Shown: piece by piece, positions 63,996-64,000 of the stretch
Position numbering within the stretch: the stretch's first letter is position 1
Layout of the letters: every line of letters begins with the position of its first letter
Assembly (NCBI GenBank): GCA_002269645.1
Contig: NIVC01000340.1
Coordinates: 62,001 to 126,000 of the forward strand
DNA: 64,000 bases
Source of the DNA: Macrostomum lignano
Lineage: Eukaryota
Reading direction: 5' to 3'
Translations under genes and position numbers: made by a program
The notes under the pieces: model-generated
Told to the model about the DNA's origin: nothing
The model's input: the letters and a program-made list of their open reading frames with translations, nothing else
Databases searched by the model: none

Positions 63996-64000
63996 GTAAA

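Noticed and set aside
20697-64000. An innate-immunity gene cluster (cGLR, FReD, serpins)
   Set aside because: The genes are separated by taxilin and more than 20 kb of repeats; co-location alone does not show a functional system.

Overview
Eukaryotic (metazoan) genomic DNA with GT-AG introns and a very high load of minisatellites. The GC-rich exons and satellite-filled introns suggest a flatworm such as Macrostomum, but that is inference only. Splice models built by hand: the last two exons of an unidentified + strand gene (1-1720); a small Tim chaperone (TIMM10B/Tim9-like, -); a complete 7-exon CDC27/APC3 (-); a 2-exon Mab-21/cGAS-like nucleotidyltransferase (+); a 2-exon secreted PAN-like + fibrinogen-domain protein (+); a 3-exon taxilin (-) with an in-frame TAG and a coding minisatellite tail; and three intracellular-type serpins (A and B on -, C on + as a recent inverted copy of B, truncated by the window end). 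Transposon remains include CACTA, MULE, a possible Crypton-type tyrosine recombinase, an RTE-like LINE, DINE-1/HINE-like elements and a 298-bp hAT-type MITE with a perfect 8-bp TSD. Most long ORFs in the track are translated satellites, not genes. Most notable: a 176-bp near-identical tract shared by otherwise diverged serpins and anchored on a shared intronic minisatellite; a private satellite filling most introns, one built from CAG|GTAG splice-like units; the cGAS-like receptor; and the lesions and coding VNTR in taxilin.
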